Source: a candidate division WS1 bacterium (GTDB taxonomy: Bacteria; Armatimonadota; Zipacnadia; Zipacnadales; UBA5352). From it: a DNA stretch of 63,014 nucleotides. A program made the translations under genes and the position numbers. Below the pieces are notes generated by a model. That model was not told the DNA's origin. It searched no databases and worked only from the letters and a program-made list of their open reading frames with translations. Location: positions 1 to 63,014 of the forward strand of contig JAAYJW010000193.1 in assembly GCA_012522765.1 (NCBI GenBank), written 5' to 3'. Shown in pieces: positions 7,503-16,547 of the stretch; the stretch's first letter is position 1; each line of letters begins with the position of its first letter.

Positions 7503-7539
7503 GCCGTCCCCGATTGCCGATTGCCGCTTCCCGGCCGTT
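7503..7539 (-). repeat. GGCAATC / AACGGCCGGGAA motif cluster, the same family as the flanks of the four-helix-bundle gene
   Basis: Minus strand after the gatB stop reads aacggccgggaa-g-cggcaatcggcaatcggggacggc; both parts occur at 46681-46732. Confidence 0.7.
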
Positions 7540-8968
7540 ACAGCCTTTCCCGCAGCATCTCGTTCACCATGCCGGGGTTCGCCTGACCCTGTGTCTTCTT
7601 CATCACCTGGCCGACAAGGAAGCCGATCGCCTTGTCCTTGCCCTCACGCACATCCTGCACCGGGCCGGGGTTCTCGGCGATCACCTCGTCTATCACGCTC
7701 TCGAGCGCGCCGCTGTCGGAGATCTGCTCGAGGCCCTCCTCGGCGACTATCTCGCGCGCACTGCGCCCGGTCTCGAACATCGTCCCCAACACGTCCTTGG
7801 CGATTTTGCCCGAGATCACGTTCTCCTCGATCAGCGAGAGCAGTTCGGCGAGGTTGGCGCAGCTCACCGGGCTCCGCTCGATGCTGACGCCGGCTTCGTT
7901 GAGCAGGCTCATCAGGTCGCCCATCACCCAGTTGCTCACGGTCTTCGCAGCGCCCTCGAAGCGCTCGCAAGTCTCCTCGAAGTAGTCGGCCAGCGCCCGG
8001 GTCTCGGTCAGCACCCGCGCGTCATACTCGGGCACTTCGTACTGCTCGCAGAAGCGCTCGCAGCGCGCGGCGGGCAGTTCGGGGCAGCTATTGACGATCC
8101 CCTCGACCCACGCCCGGTCCGGCTCCAGCGGCACCAGGTCGGGCTCGGGGAAATACATGTAGTCGTCGGAGGTCTCTTTACGGCGCATCAGCGCGGTGAC
8201 GCCGTTGTTCTCATCCCAGCGGCGGGTCTGCTGGAATAGCTCGTCCTCGCGCCCCTCCGCGACAGTCTTGCGCTGGCGAGCGATCTCATACTTGACCGCC
8301 TCGAAGACCGAGCGGATCGAGTTGAGGTTCTTGATCTCGACTTTCGGCGTCGCCTCGCCGGTCTGCCGATCATTGAGGTTCACCGTCGGCTCCGCGCGCA
8401 GGGCGCCCTCCTCCATGTTGGCGGTGGACACGCCGATGCAGCGGAGGATCAGGCGAAGCTGCGTGAGGTACTCGCGGCACTGCTCGGCAGTCGTAAAGTC
8501 GGGCTCGGTGACGATCTCCATGAGCGGGATGCCGCCGCGATTGTACTCGACCAGCGTGGAGCCGGTCTGCAGGTGGATGTTCTTACCGGTGTCCTCTTCG
8601 AGGTGCGCGCGGCGGATGCGGATGCGCACCGGCTCACCATCCACCGTAAGGTCGATGGAGCCATCGTAGGTCAACGGCTCGTCATACTGCGAAACCTGAA
8701 AGTTCTTCGGCAGGTCGGGGTAGAAGTAGTTCTTGCGAGCGAAGCGACAGCGATCGGCGACCTTGCAGCCGAGCGCGGCTCCGGTGCGAATGACATACTC
8801 GACCGCCTTCCGGTTGGGCACCGGCAGTGACCCGGGGAGGCCGAGGCAGGTCGGGCAGACGTTCGAGTTCGGCTCCGCTCCGAACTGCGTCGAGCACGAA
8901 CAGAACATCTTCGATTCGGTGTCAAGCTGAACGTGAACTTCCAGACCGATCATAGGCTCCATAGCCAT
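7538..8968 (-). CDS. gatB: Asp-tRNA(Asn)/Glu-tRNA(Gln) amidotransferase subunit B
   Basis: IGLEVHVQL, RKNYFYPDLPK.FQ.SQ, HLEEDTGK, YNRGG.PL.EIVTEPD and C-terminal GQVMK motifs. Confidence 0.98.
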   Translation of the reverse strand: MAMEPMIGLEVHVQLDTESKMFCSCSTQFGAEPNSNVCPTCLGLPGSLPVPNRKAVEYVIRTGAALGCKVADRCRFARKNYFYPDLPKNFQVSQYDEPLTYDGSIDLTVDGEPVRIRIRRAHLEEDTGKNIHLQTGSTLVEYNRGGIPLMEIVTEPDFTTAEQCREYLTQLRLILRCIGVSTANMEEGALRAEPTVNLNDRQTGEATPKVEIKNLNSIRSVFEAVKYEIARQRKTVAEGREDELFQQTRRWDENNGVTALMRRKETSDDYMYFPEPDLVPLEPDRAWVEGIVNSCPELPAARCERFCEQYEVPEYDARVLTETRALADYFEETCERFEGAAKTVSNWVMGDLMSLLNEAGVSIERSPVSCANLAELLSLIEENVISGKIAKDVLGTMFETGRSAREIVAEEGLEQISDSGALESVIDEVIAENPGPVQDVREGKDKAIGFLVGQVMKKTQGQANPGMVNEMLRERL

Positions 8969-9163
8969 CAACAATCACCCTTGCGGCAGCAACTGAAGCG
9001 TCAGATGCGACGAAAGCAAACGCAGCGACGGCAGCGGCCCGTCGCTGACGGGCCTATGATACACCGGGCGCGGAGGCTTGTCGAGGGGGCAGGTTGCGAG
9101 ACGGCGCGGAGAGGGGCATAATCGTCACAGGCAGATCGAGTGAGGTCGAAGGAGGCACGGGCG

Positions 9164-9364
9164 ATGGCCGATGTGAAGGACAAGGCTCTTCAAGCGGATG
9201 AAAGCGCCTGCCATCAGGCGCATGACGTCGAGGGTTCCCCTGAGCCGTGGTCCGAGGAGAGGATCCGGCGTTGCGACGAGTGGATGAAGCGGTTGGTCGG
9301 TGCCATCGAGATGCCCTTTGAGGTGGACGTAGAGGACTACTTCCGGCGCGCCCGCGAGGAGTAG
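9164..9364 (+). CDS. Small acidic hypothetical protein (66 aa)
   Basis: AAGGAGG RBS before ATG 9164; fills the gap between gatB and the ArnT-like gene. Confidence 0.5.
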   Translation: MADVKDKALQADESACHQAHDVEGSPEPWSEERIRRCDEWMKRLVGAIEMPFEVDVEDYFRRAREE

Positions 9365-9413
9365 TCGGCCCGAGCTTCAGGTCATCCGCTACGACCAGCC
9401 TTAGCTTCCGCGC

Positions 9414-11069
9414 TCACCTCGCCGGCCCTCCGTAGCCTGTCGCGACATGCAGCAGCGGGTCGTCCTGCAGCGTCTGCAGCGCGGCGAAGTCGAACTGCTC
9501 CCGCCAGTCCTCCGCGGGCTTGAGCACCAGCACCGCAGGCCGCCCCAGCAGCGCCGGGTCGCTCAGATCCGTATCCGCCCAATAGTCATACTGCGATTCG
9601 CGCCGCCCCACATACTTCCCCGCGTCATAGACAACCGGCCGCCCATCCATGTAGAACGCAAGCTGGCTTGCCTGGCCGTAGGAACCGGCGATGACCAGCG
9701 GCTCCTGCCCGGTCTGACCGCGTAGCAGCTCCCGCGCTGCGTCGGCCTCCGCGGCAAGATCCTTGCCTCCACTGAGTCGGAACATCGGCACCGCATCGCC
9801 GATCACTGGCATACGCGCCCAGGCATGCGGGAAGGCCACGATGGTCAGCGTCACCACCCCCCAGCCGATCATCCAGCGCCAGCCGCTTACCCACGCGCTC
9901 CGCGGCTTTGGCGGCGACTTGATGCCCGCCTGCCTCGCCGCCTCAGCGTGCGCCAGCCACTGCCGCCGTCTTTCTCGCCAGCGCGGCACCTCCTGCACGG
10001 TCGCCTCCGATAGCAGCACAAGCAGCGTCAGATAGCCGCTGACCGGCCAGTTCGCCTCCACCCGCGACGCCAGCGAGACCAGCGCGAAGAAGCCGAGTGT
10101 CGGGAGGCCGCAGCAGAGCAGGTACAGGTGCGTGGGCCATCGCTCAGGGACGCGCCGCCTGATGACGCGCACCGCGGCCATCACGATCAGCACGAACGCC
10201 GGGATGCCGAGCACGCCAAGCTGAGTCGCCAGCAACTCCAGCGCGGAGAATCCGCCGAAGGGCTCATCCCACTGCGTCGGCACATCGCCACCGGGGGCGC
10301 CGAGATGACCAAGCTCATGCCGCACCGCCGGCCAGCCGTTCTCCGCGTTCCAGATGAACCACGGCAGTATGCCAACCATGAAGCCGATGACGACGATCAG
10401 CACGCCGGCCGTCAGTCGCCGATCCCACGGCAATTGCCGCCTCCGCAGCCAGGCGTAGATCAGCAGGCCCGGCGCGAACAGCACGATCACGTACTTCACA
10501 AGGAAGCCCAGCCCCAACGCGACACCCAGCGCCGCCCAGAGCGTCCACGGCCGATCGCCCCGCTCGTGTGATCGGAACGCGTGCCACGCAATCCACGCGC
10601 AGAGCAGCCATGAGGCCATGAAGGGCGGATCAATCGTCATTAGCTGCGCTTCAAGCTGGAAGATCGGAATGAGGTTGAACGCAACCGCTGCGAGGAAGCC
10701 CGCGCGCTGATCGCCAGTCGTCTGCATCGCCAGCCGCGCCACCAGCAGCGAGGCCACTGCCGACGACACCGCGGCCGGAAGTCGGATCGCCCACTCGCTG
10801 GTGCCGAAGATGGCTGTGCTCGCGCCGATCAGCCACGCCACTCCGGGGCCCTTGGAGTAGTAGGAGAGGCTCAGCCGCCTCGACCACTCCCAGTAATGCG
10901 CCTCGTCGTGGATAAGCTCCCACGGGCTCAGCCAGATCAGGTAGATGACGCGCAGCACCAGCAGGCCCACCACAAGGAGCACCGCCGCGCGCCAGTCGGC
11001 CCAATTGAGCCACCGTCGCTCGGCTGCATCAAGCTCCTCAGTTTCTACCGCCGCATCAATCTGCGACAT
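9414..11069 (-). CDS. ArnT/PMT-like (GT-C fold) membrane glycosyltransferase
   Basis: DEAHYWEWSRRL...YYSKGPG, IRLP, IDPP and GLGFLVKY motifs with many TM helices; start uncertain (11069 or 11081). Confidence 0.85.
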   Translation of the reverse strand: MSQIDAAVETEELDAAERRWLNWADWRAAVLLVVGLLVLRVIYLIWLSPWELIHDEAHYWEWSRRLSLSYYSKGPGVAWLIGASTAIFGTSEWAIRLPAAVSSAVASLLVARLAMQTTGDQRAGFLAAVAFNLIPIFQLEAQLMTIDPPFMASWLLCAWIAWHAFRSHERGDRPWTLWAALGVALGLGFLVKYVIVLFAPGLLIYAWLRRRQLPWDRRLTAGVLIVVIGFMVGILPWFIWNAENGWPAVRHELGHLGAPGGDVPTQWDEPFGGFSALELLATQLGVLGIPAFVLIVMAAVRVIRRRVPERWPTHLYLLCCGLPTLGFFALVSLASRVEANWPVSGYLTLLVLLSEATVQEVPRWRERRRQWLAHAEAARQAGIKSPPKPRSAWVSGWRWMIGWGVVTLTIVAFPHAWARMPVIGDAVPMFRLSGGKDLAAEADAARELLRGQTGQEPLVIAGSYGQASQLAFYMDGRPVVYDAGKYVGRRESQYDYWADTDLSDPALLGRPAVLVLKPAEDWREQFDFAALQTLQDDPLLHVATGYGGPAR

Positions 11070-11258
11070 CGCGTCCTCCATCTCTCCCACGATCAGCGTC
11101 TTCAGCGTCACAGATTACGCGGAACTCGACGCAGACGCAAGTACCGCAGGCCGGATCGAATGCAGGCGCAACTTCATACGCTCCCGGGGGAGGCCATTTC
11201 GGCCCGATGGCGAACCATCATCCCGTTGCGCTCAGACGCACCTAAGGGAGACCCGCAG

Positions 11259-12227
11259 ATGGACGCGCAGAACCAACCCGACCAGCCCCAGGTTTCCATC
11301 GTCATTCCCGTCTACAATGAAGAGGAGACCATCCCCCACCTTCATGACGCGCTCGCGACCGCTCTCGCGGACCTCGACCGCCCGTGGGAGGTCGTGCTTG
11401 TCAATGACGGATCGAAGGACCGCAGCGCCGAGAAGCTCGACGAGGTGGCTCAGAAGGACCCGCGCTTTGTCGCGATACACCTGCGCCGCAACTTCGGTCA
11501 GACGGCCGCAATGTCGGCGGGTTTTGACCACGCGCGCGGCGAGATCATCGTCGCGATGGATGCGGACCTGCAGAACGATCCCGCCGATGTCCCCAAGCTC
11601 CTCGCGAAGATGGACGAGGGCTATGATGTCGTCAGTGGCTGGCGCAAGGACCGCAAGGACAAGTGGCTGACGCGCATCTTCCCGTCGCAGGTGGCGAACT
11701 GGCTCATCTCGCGCGTAACCGGTGTCTACCTGCATGACTACGGCTGCTCGCTCAAGTCCTACCGCCGCGAGATCCTCGACGACGTGCAGCTTTACGGCGA
11801 GATGCACCGCTTCATCCCGGCACTCGCGCGCTGGGCGGGCGCCAGCATCACGGAGGTCGTGGTGACGCATCACCCGCGGCAGTTCGGCTCGTCGAAGTAC
11901 GGGCTCTCGCGCACGCTGCGCGTCTTCCTCGACCTGCTGACGGTGAAGTTCCTGCTCAGCTACGTGACGCGCCCGATCCAGGTCTTCGGCAAGTGGGGTC
12001 TGCTCTCAGGCGCCGTGGGCTTCCTGCTGGCGCTGTGGCTGACGATAGATAAGCTCGCGTTCGGCCATGACATCGGCAACCGCCCGGCGCTTCTGCTTGC
12101 GGTGCTGCTGATCGTGGTGGGCTTCCAGTTCGTGACGATGGGCCTGCTGGCGGAGCTTCAGGCGCGCACCTACTACGAGGCGCAGGGCAAGCCGATCTAC
12201 GCGATCCGGCGCATTACGCGGGGGTAG
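11259..12227 (+). CDS. GT2 glycosyltransferase, ArnC/GtrB/DPM1-like polyprenol-phosphate sugar transferase
   Basis: SIVIPVYNEEE, V.DGSKD, RNFGQTAAM.AG, MDADLQNDP, VVSGWR motifs and two C-terminal TM helices. Confidence 0.9.
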   Translation: MDAQNQPDQPQVSIVIPVYNEEETIPHLHDALATALADLDRPWEVVLVNDGSKDRSAEKLDEVAQKDPRFVAIHLRRNFGQTAAMSAGFDHARGEIIVAMDADLQNDPADVPKLLAKMDEGYDVVSGWRKDRKDKWLTRIFPSQVANWLISRVTGVYLHDYGCSLKSYRREILDDVQLYGEMHRFIPALARWAGASITEVVVTHHPRQFGSSKYGLSRTLRVFLDLLTVKFLLSYVTRPIQVFGKWGLLSGAVGFLLALWLTIDKLAFGHDIGNRPALLLAVLLIVVGFQFVTMGLLAELQARTYYEAQGKPIYAIRRITRG

Positions 12228-12340
12228 CGGGAGGACGGCGTCACAAAGACAGCCGCGGCCGTTGGCGTTTGTCAACGGCCCTGCCGCCTCGCGCTGCCGC
12301 TCGCAAGAGCGCGCAACTGATGTCGCAGCCTCACGCTTCC

Positions 12341-12551
12341 CATGTGCCACGGGCGCCCTCGCCCGTGGGTCGTTCGGCATAACCGCTTCATCTGGCACGA
12401 CCCACGAGTTCACCCTGAGCGACATGCCAGATAGCGCCGCCGTCTTTAGAGCTTGCGAAAGCAAGCTACGGTAAGGGACAGTCGTTGCCGTTAGCCGTTC
12501 CTCCGGGAGGCCGCCGTAACAGCCCACGGGCGAGGGCGCCCGTGGCACATG
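12341..12551. repeat. REP-doublet (REPIN/MITE-like) element with 29-bp perfect inverted repeats
   Basis: catgtgccacgggcgccctcgcccgtggg (12341-12369) is the reverse complement of 12523-12551; each arm is itself a 9-bp-stem hairpin. Confidence 0.75.
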
Positions 12552-12609
12552 ACGGCGCCAACTACCGCCGCGCTTCGCGCCTCCCCTCGCCGGGGCCGGG
12601 CCGCCGCCT

Positions 12610-13926
12610 CTACTCCCACGTCAGTTCCGTCAACTCCCGCTGCAGGGCGCACTCCAGCCGCCATGCCTCGTGCGGGAACTCGTCCATCACGTTCTGCTGC
12701 TCCGCCGGATCGGCCTGCCGGTCGTAAAGCTCATCCTCCTCACTCGCGCCCGGCATCAGCAGGCTCCAGCGTTCATCGCGGATGGCGCGACCGCCGTTGA
12801 AGCTGCCGGTGATGGCCGTCTCACGCACACGCTCCACCTCGCCCCGCACCAGCGGCAGCAGGCTCGTGCCGTGGATGTTCGGCATCGCTTCAACGCCCGC
12901 GGCATCGCAGATCGTCGGCGCGATGTCCGAGAGCCGCACCAGCGCCTCACGCCTCTCCCCCGCCGCCTGTCCGGGCAGGTGCAGGATCAGCGGCACCGCC
13001 GCGAGTTCCTCATACATCCATGTCCGATGCTTGCGCACGATCCCGTGGTCGTCCAGCGGTTCCCCGTGGTCGCTTGTGAAGACGATCATGCTGTCATCGA
13101 AGTAGCCGAGCTGGCGCGCAGCGTCGAGCAGCCTCCCGATCCAGCGGTCCACGAAGGTAATTTCGCCCGCGTACAGCGCGCGCACGTTCTGCATCTCCTC
13201 CGGCGTCAGGTAACCCTCAACCTGCGACGGCACCGGGTCGATGATCTCCATGCCCTCGTAGCCGGGATTGTACTGCTCTTTCAGCTCAAGCGGCGGGTCC
13301 CACGGCTCATGCGGGTCGAAGAGGTCCACCCAGAGAAACAAATTGTCGCGACCCTGGTGCGCCTCCAGCCAGTCTATCGCCCGCAGGCAGACCTGCGCAC
13401 AGAAGTAGTCTTCCTCGGTTTCGCGAACAGATATGTTGCGCAGATACTGCCGGAACATCTCCGCAAAGCGCTCGTTCTTCTCAGAAACCTCACTCGGCTT
13501 GAAGTGCTGCTCGTAAAGCGCATCTATCTGCGCCTCATCAACCTGCGATGGGAGTATCCACGGATCATACTCCTGCCCGCGGATGAAGACGCGCTCATCG
13601 AAGCCCCGGCCGTAGTTGTAGCCGGGCTTGTGCAGATGGTAGACATCGGTGACGAGGGCGGATGTGAAGCCCTTGTCCCACAGCCACTCCGCGACCGGAA
13701 GGTCATCCCGCTCAAAGGGCTGCCATGGCCGGAACGGGAAGTTGATCCGCCCGAGCATCATCGAGGTGCGGCAGGGCGCCGTATAGAGGGAGTCGGCGTA
13801 GGCGCCATCAACCAGGCAGCTTTCGGTTGCGAAGCGATCGAGGTTCGGCGTCTCTACCCAGTCATTACCGTAGCACCCGACGTGGTCCTTGCGGAAGCTG
13901 TCCGCGACGATCACGATGACGTTCAT
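12610..13926 (-). CDS. Sulfatase-like hydrolase (alkaline phosphatase superfamily)
   Basis: NVIVIVADSFRKDH, TAPCR signature, FDPHEPWDPP, VD.WIG, TSDHG and ELYD...DP.E motifs. Confidence 0.85.
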   Translation of the reverse strand: MNVIVIVADSFRKDHVGCYGNDWVETPNLDRFATESCLVDGAYADSLYTAPCRTSMMLGRINFPFRPWQPFERDDLPVAEWLWDKGFTSALVTDVYHLHKPGYNYGRGFDERVFIRGQEYDPWILPSQVDEAQIDALYEQHFKPSEVSEKNERFAEMFRQYLRNISVRETEEDYFCAQVCLRAIDWLEAHQGRDNLFLWVDLFDPHEPWDPPLELKEQYNPGYEGMEIIDPVPSQVEGYLTPEEMQNVRALYAGEITFVDRWIGRLLDAARQLGYFDDSMIVFTSDHGEPLDDHGIVRKHRTWMYEELAAVPLILHLPGQAAGERREALVRLSDIAPTICDAAGVEAMPNIHGTSLLPLVRGEVERVRETAITGSFNGGRAIRDERWSLLMPGASEEDELYDRQADPAEQQNVMDEFPHEAWRLECALQRELTELTWE

Positions 13927-14537
13927 GAGCGTGTCTCCCTCTCCGGCGGCCCGATCTGCTCGCTGATGATCTGCTCGACTTCGTCCAGCCATGCCTCACG
14001 CTGCCGGGGCGTGCTGGTGCATATCACGCCGAAGGTGCGCCTGTATACGTTCGTCACTCCGCACAGTCCGAAGATGCAGTCGCGCCAGATGCGCTCCAGG
14101 GGGTCGCCGAATATCTCCGCCTCGCGCTGCGCCTCGGTGTTGGAGGTGTTGAGCACCACCGCTGCTCGGGCCCGCAACAGCCCCTGAGGGACGCCCTCGC
14201 CCCCATCGCCTTCGAGAAAGCGGTAAGCGATGCCCGGCCGGAACACTCGGTCGATCCAGCCCTTCATGACCGCGGGCGGCATCCCCCACCAGTTCGGGTG
14301 CACGATCACGATCGCCTCCGCCTCCGCAAGTTGGCGGCAATGTGCGGCGACAGCCGCGTCAACCGCTCCATCGGCAGGCTCCTCGCATCCGGGCAGGATG
14401 GCATCGAATCCCTCCGCCTGCAGGTCATGGGCGACCACGTCGTGCCCCAGCGTCAGCAGTGCCTGCTCCGCACGGCGGGCGATGGCGTGATTGAAGCTGT
14501 CAGGCCTCGGGTGGCCCACAATTAGAAGTGCTGACAT
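13923..14537 (-). CDS. NAD(P)H-dependent oxidoreductase, Flavodoxin_2 (quinone reductase-like)
   Basis: GHPRPDSFNHAI, HDL....FD and P.WW.MPP.MKGWIDRV motifs; ATG at 14537. Confidence 0.88.
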   Translation of the reverse strand: MSALLIVGHPRPDSFNHAIARRAEQALLTLGHDVVAHDLQAEGFDAILPGCEEPADGAVDAAVAAHCRQLAEAEAIVIVHPNWWGMPPAVMKGWIDRVFRPGIAYRFLEGDGGEGVPQGLLRARAAVVLNTSNTEAQREAEIFGDPLERIWRDCIFGLCGVTNVYRRTFGVICTSTPRQREAWLDEVEQIISEQIGPPERETRS

Positions 14538-14718
14538 CAGATAGAGTCTCCCTGCAAAGAGTGCCGGCGTCGGCTCATTCACCACGGGAAGTCCCATGCC
14601 CTCCAGCAGAAGAGCGTCCTTTAGTCTGAGGCAGGCGCCGTCGCATCGCGCTTGCAGGCACGGCCCGCGTGTGGTTGAATAGGGGAGTACCGATTGAGGC
14701 AGTGGTTGGCGGTGTAGA

Positions 14719-15258
14719 ATGTCGCCCGAGGAGAGGCCCGAGAGACGCACCTGCCCCGTCTGTGGAACCGTGCAACCGCCGGATGTGAGCGCCAGGCGCT
14801 GCCCGCGCTGTGGTGCGCGCAGCCTTAGCTGGGGCCGGCAGAAGGCGATTCCGCCGCCAATTGTGTTGTTCAACGCCCGCCTCTGCGGCATCATGGCCGG
14901 CATCCAGATCGCCATGATCGCGCTGCTGGTGATGGGCGCTCGGCTGCCGATCCCGTGGCCGCTGGCGCTCTCGGTCGTGGCGCTCCCCGTGGTGGGATAC
15001 ATGCTGGTCGGCGTTATCGTGCCGCGCATGCCGGCGGAGTGGCGCACAACCTACCTGGTGGGCGCTATCTCGTTGAACGCCGGGCTGCTTGGGGCGGCTG
15101 CCAGCGCCATCCTGGGGCTGCTCGACCCGACACTGCTCCTGGCGGTGACGGCCGCGTTGATGGCGCTGCTATGGCGGCCCCTGCGGCGCGCGATCCACGC
15201 CGCTCCGGAACTGAACCGGTCGGAAGAAGAGCGGGCGACTGAGGACTACTCTGATTAG
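14719..15258 (+). CDS. Membrane protein with N-terminal Zn-ribbon
   Basis: CPVCG...CPRCG followed by about four TM helices. Confidence 0.6.
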   Translation: MSPEERPERRTCPVCGTVQPPDVSARRCPRCGARSLSWGRQKAIPPPIVLFNARLCGIMAGIQIAMIALLVMGARLPIPWPLALSVVALPVVGYMLVGVIVPRMPAEWRTTYLVGAISLNAGLLGAAASAILGLLDPTLLLAVTAALMALLWRPLRRAIHAAPELNRSEEERATEDYSD

Positions 15259-15290
15259 CGTCACCGACGAAGTACGCAGGAGGCCCAAAC

Positions 15291-16547
15291 ATGTCGGTCC
15301 AGCAGCAGGTAACTCATGCCGCAAGCAGCGCACGACGCGCCAGTCGCACTCTCGCGAGCATCTCCGCCGAGCAGCGCGCGGACGCACTGCGAGCGATGGC
15401 ACAGGCGCTTCGAGATCACTCCGCGGGCATCATCGCCGCGAACGCCAACGACATGAAAGCCGGGAGCGAAGCGGGCCTCAGCGCCGCCATGCTCGACCGC
15501 CTGATGCTCGATGACGAGCGCGTGGAGAAGATCGCGGTCGCCCTCGAAGAGATCGCCGACCTGCCGGATCCCGTCGGCGATGTACTCGCCGAATGGACGA
15601 TCGACAACGGTCTGCTGATCCAGCGCGTCTCCGTCCCCATCGGCGTCATCGGCATCATCTACGAGTCGCGCCCGAACGTTACCGCAGACGCGGCCGGCCT
15701 ATGCATCAAGTCGGGCAATGCCTGCGTCCTGCGCGGCGGCTCCGAGGCGATACACTCGAATCTCGCCATCGCCGCGGTGCTGCAGGATGCCGCCGAGGCG
15801 GCCGGACTGCCCGCGGGCTGCATTTCGATCGTGCCCGTGACCGATCGCGATGCCGTGGGCGTCATGTGCCGGCTGCCGGAATACATTGACATGATCATCC
15901 CGCGCGGCGGCGAGGGCCTTATCCGCGCCGTGACCGAGAACGCACAGGTCCCGGTGCTCAAGCACTACCGCGGGATGACACAGATCTACGTGGATGAGGC
16001 GGCCGATCGCGACCGGGCAGTGACACTCGTGCACAACGCCAAGGTGCAGCGGCCGGGCGTCTGCAATGCCGTGGAGAACCTCTACGTGCACTCGGGCGCG
16101 CCTGGTGTTCTCAATGCGATCGTGAGCGACCTGCTCGCGGCCGGTGTTGAGGTGCGCGGCTGTCCGCGCACGGTGGAGATGGTAGACGCCGAGATCGTCG
16201 CCGCCACGGATGAGGACTTCGACACTGAATACCTCGACCTGATACTCGCGGTGAAGGTCGTCGATTCGCTTGATGAGGCACTCGAGCAGATCGCCGAACA
16301 TACCTCCGGGCTTGCCGAGGCGATCATCACCGAGGACCAGGAGGCTGCGGATCGCTTCCTCCGCGAGGTAGATTCCGCGGCGGTCTATCACAACGCTTCG
16401 ACACGCCTGACCGATGGCGGTGTCTTCGGTCTCGGGGCTGAAATCGGCGTCTCGACCGATAAGATTCACGCGCGCGGGCCTGTCGGTGCGGCGCAACTGA
16501 CCATCTTCAAGTATGTCTGCCGCGGCGATGGGCAGATTCGCTCGTGA
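15291..16547 (+). CDS. proA: Glutamate-5-semialdehyde dehydrogenase
   Basis: PIGVIGIIYESRPNVTAD, KSGNA..LRGGSEA, CNAVE, VYHNASTR.TDG..FGLGAEIG.ST.K.HARGP motifs. Confidence 0.97.
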   Translation: MSVQQQVTHAASSARRASRTLASISAEQRADALRAMAQALRDHSAGIIAANANDMKAGSEAGLSAAMLDRLMLDDERVEKIAVALEEIADLPDPVGDVLAEWTIDNGLLIQRVSVPIGVIGIIYESRPNVTADAAGLCIKSGNACVLRGGSEAIHSNLAIAAVLQDAAEAAGLPAGCISIVPVTDRDAVGVMCRLPEYIDMIIPRGGEGLIRAVTENAQVPVLKHYRGMTQIYVDEAADRDRAVTLVHNAKVQRPGVCNAVENLYVHSGAPGVLNAIVSDLLAAGVEVRGCPRTVEMVDAEIVAATDEDFDTEYLDLILAVKVVDSLDEALEQIAEHTSGLAEAIITEDQEAADRFLREVDSAAVYHNASTRLTDGGVFGLGAEIGVSTDKIHARGPVGAAQLTIFKYVCRGDGQIRS

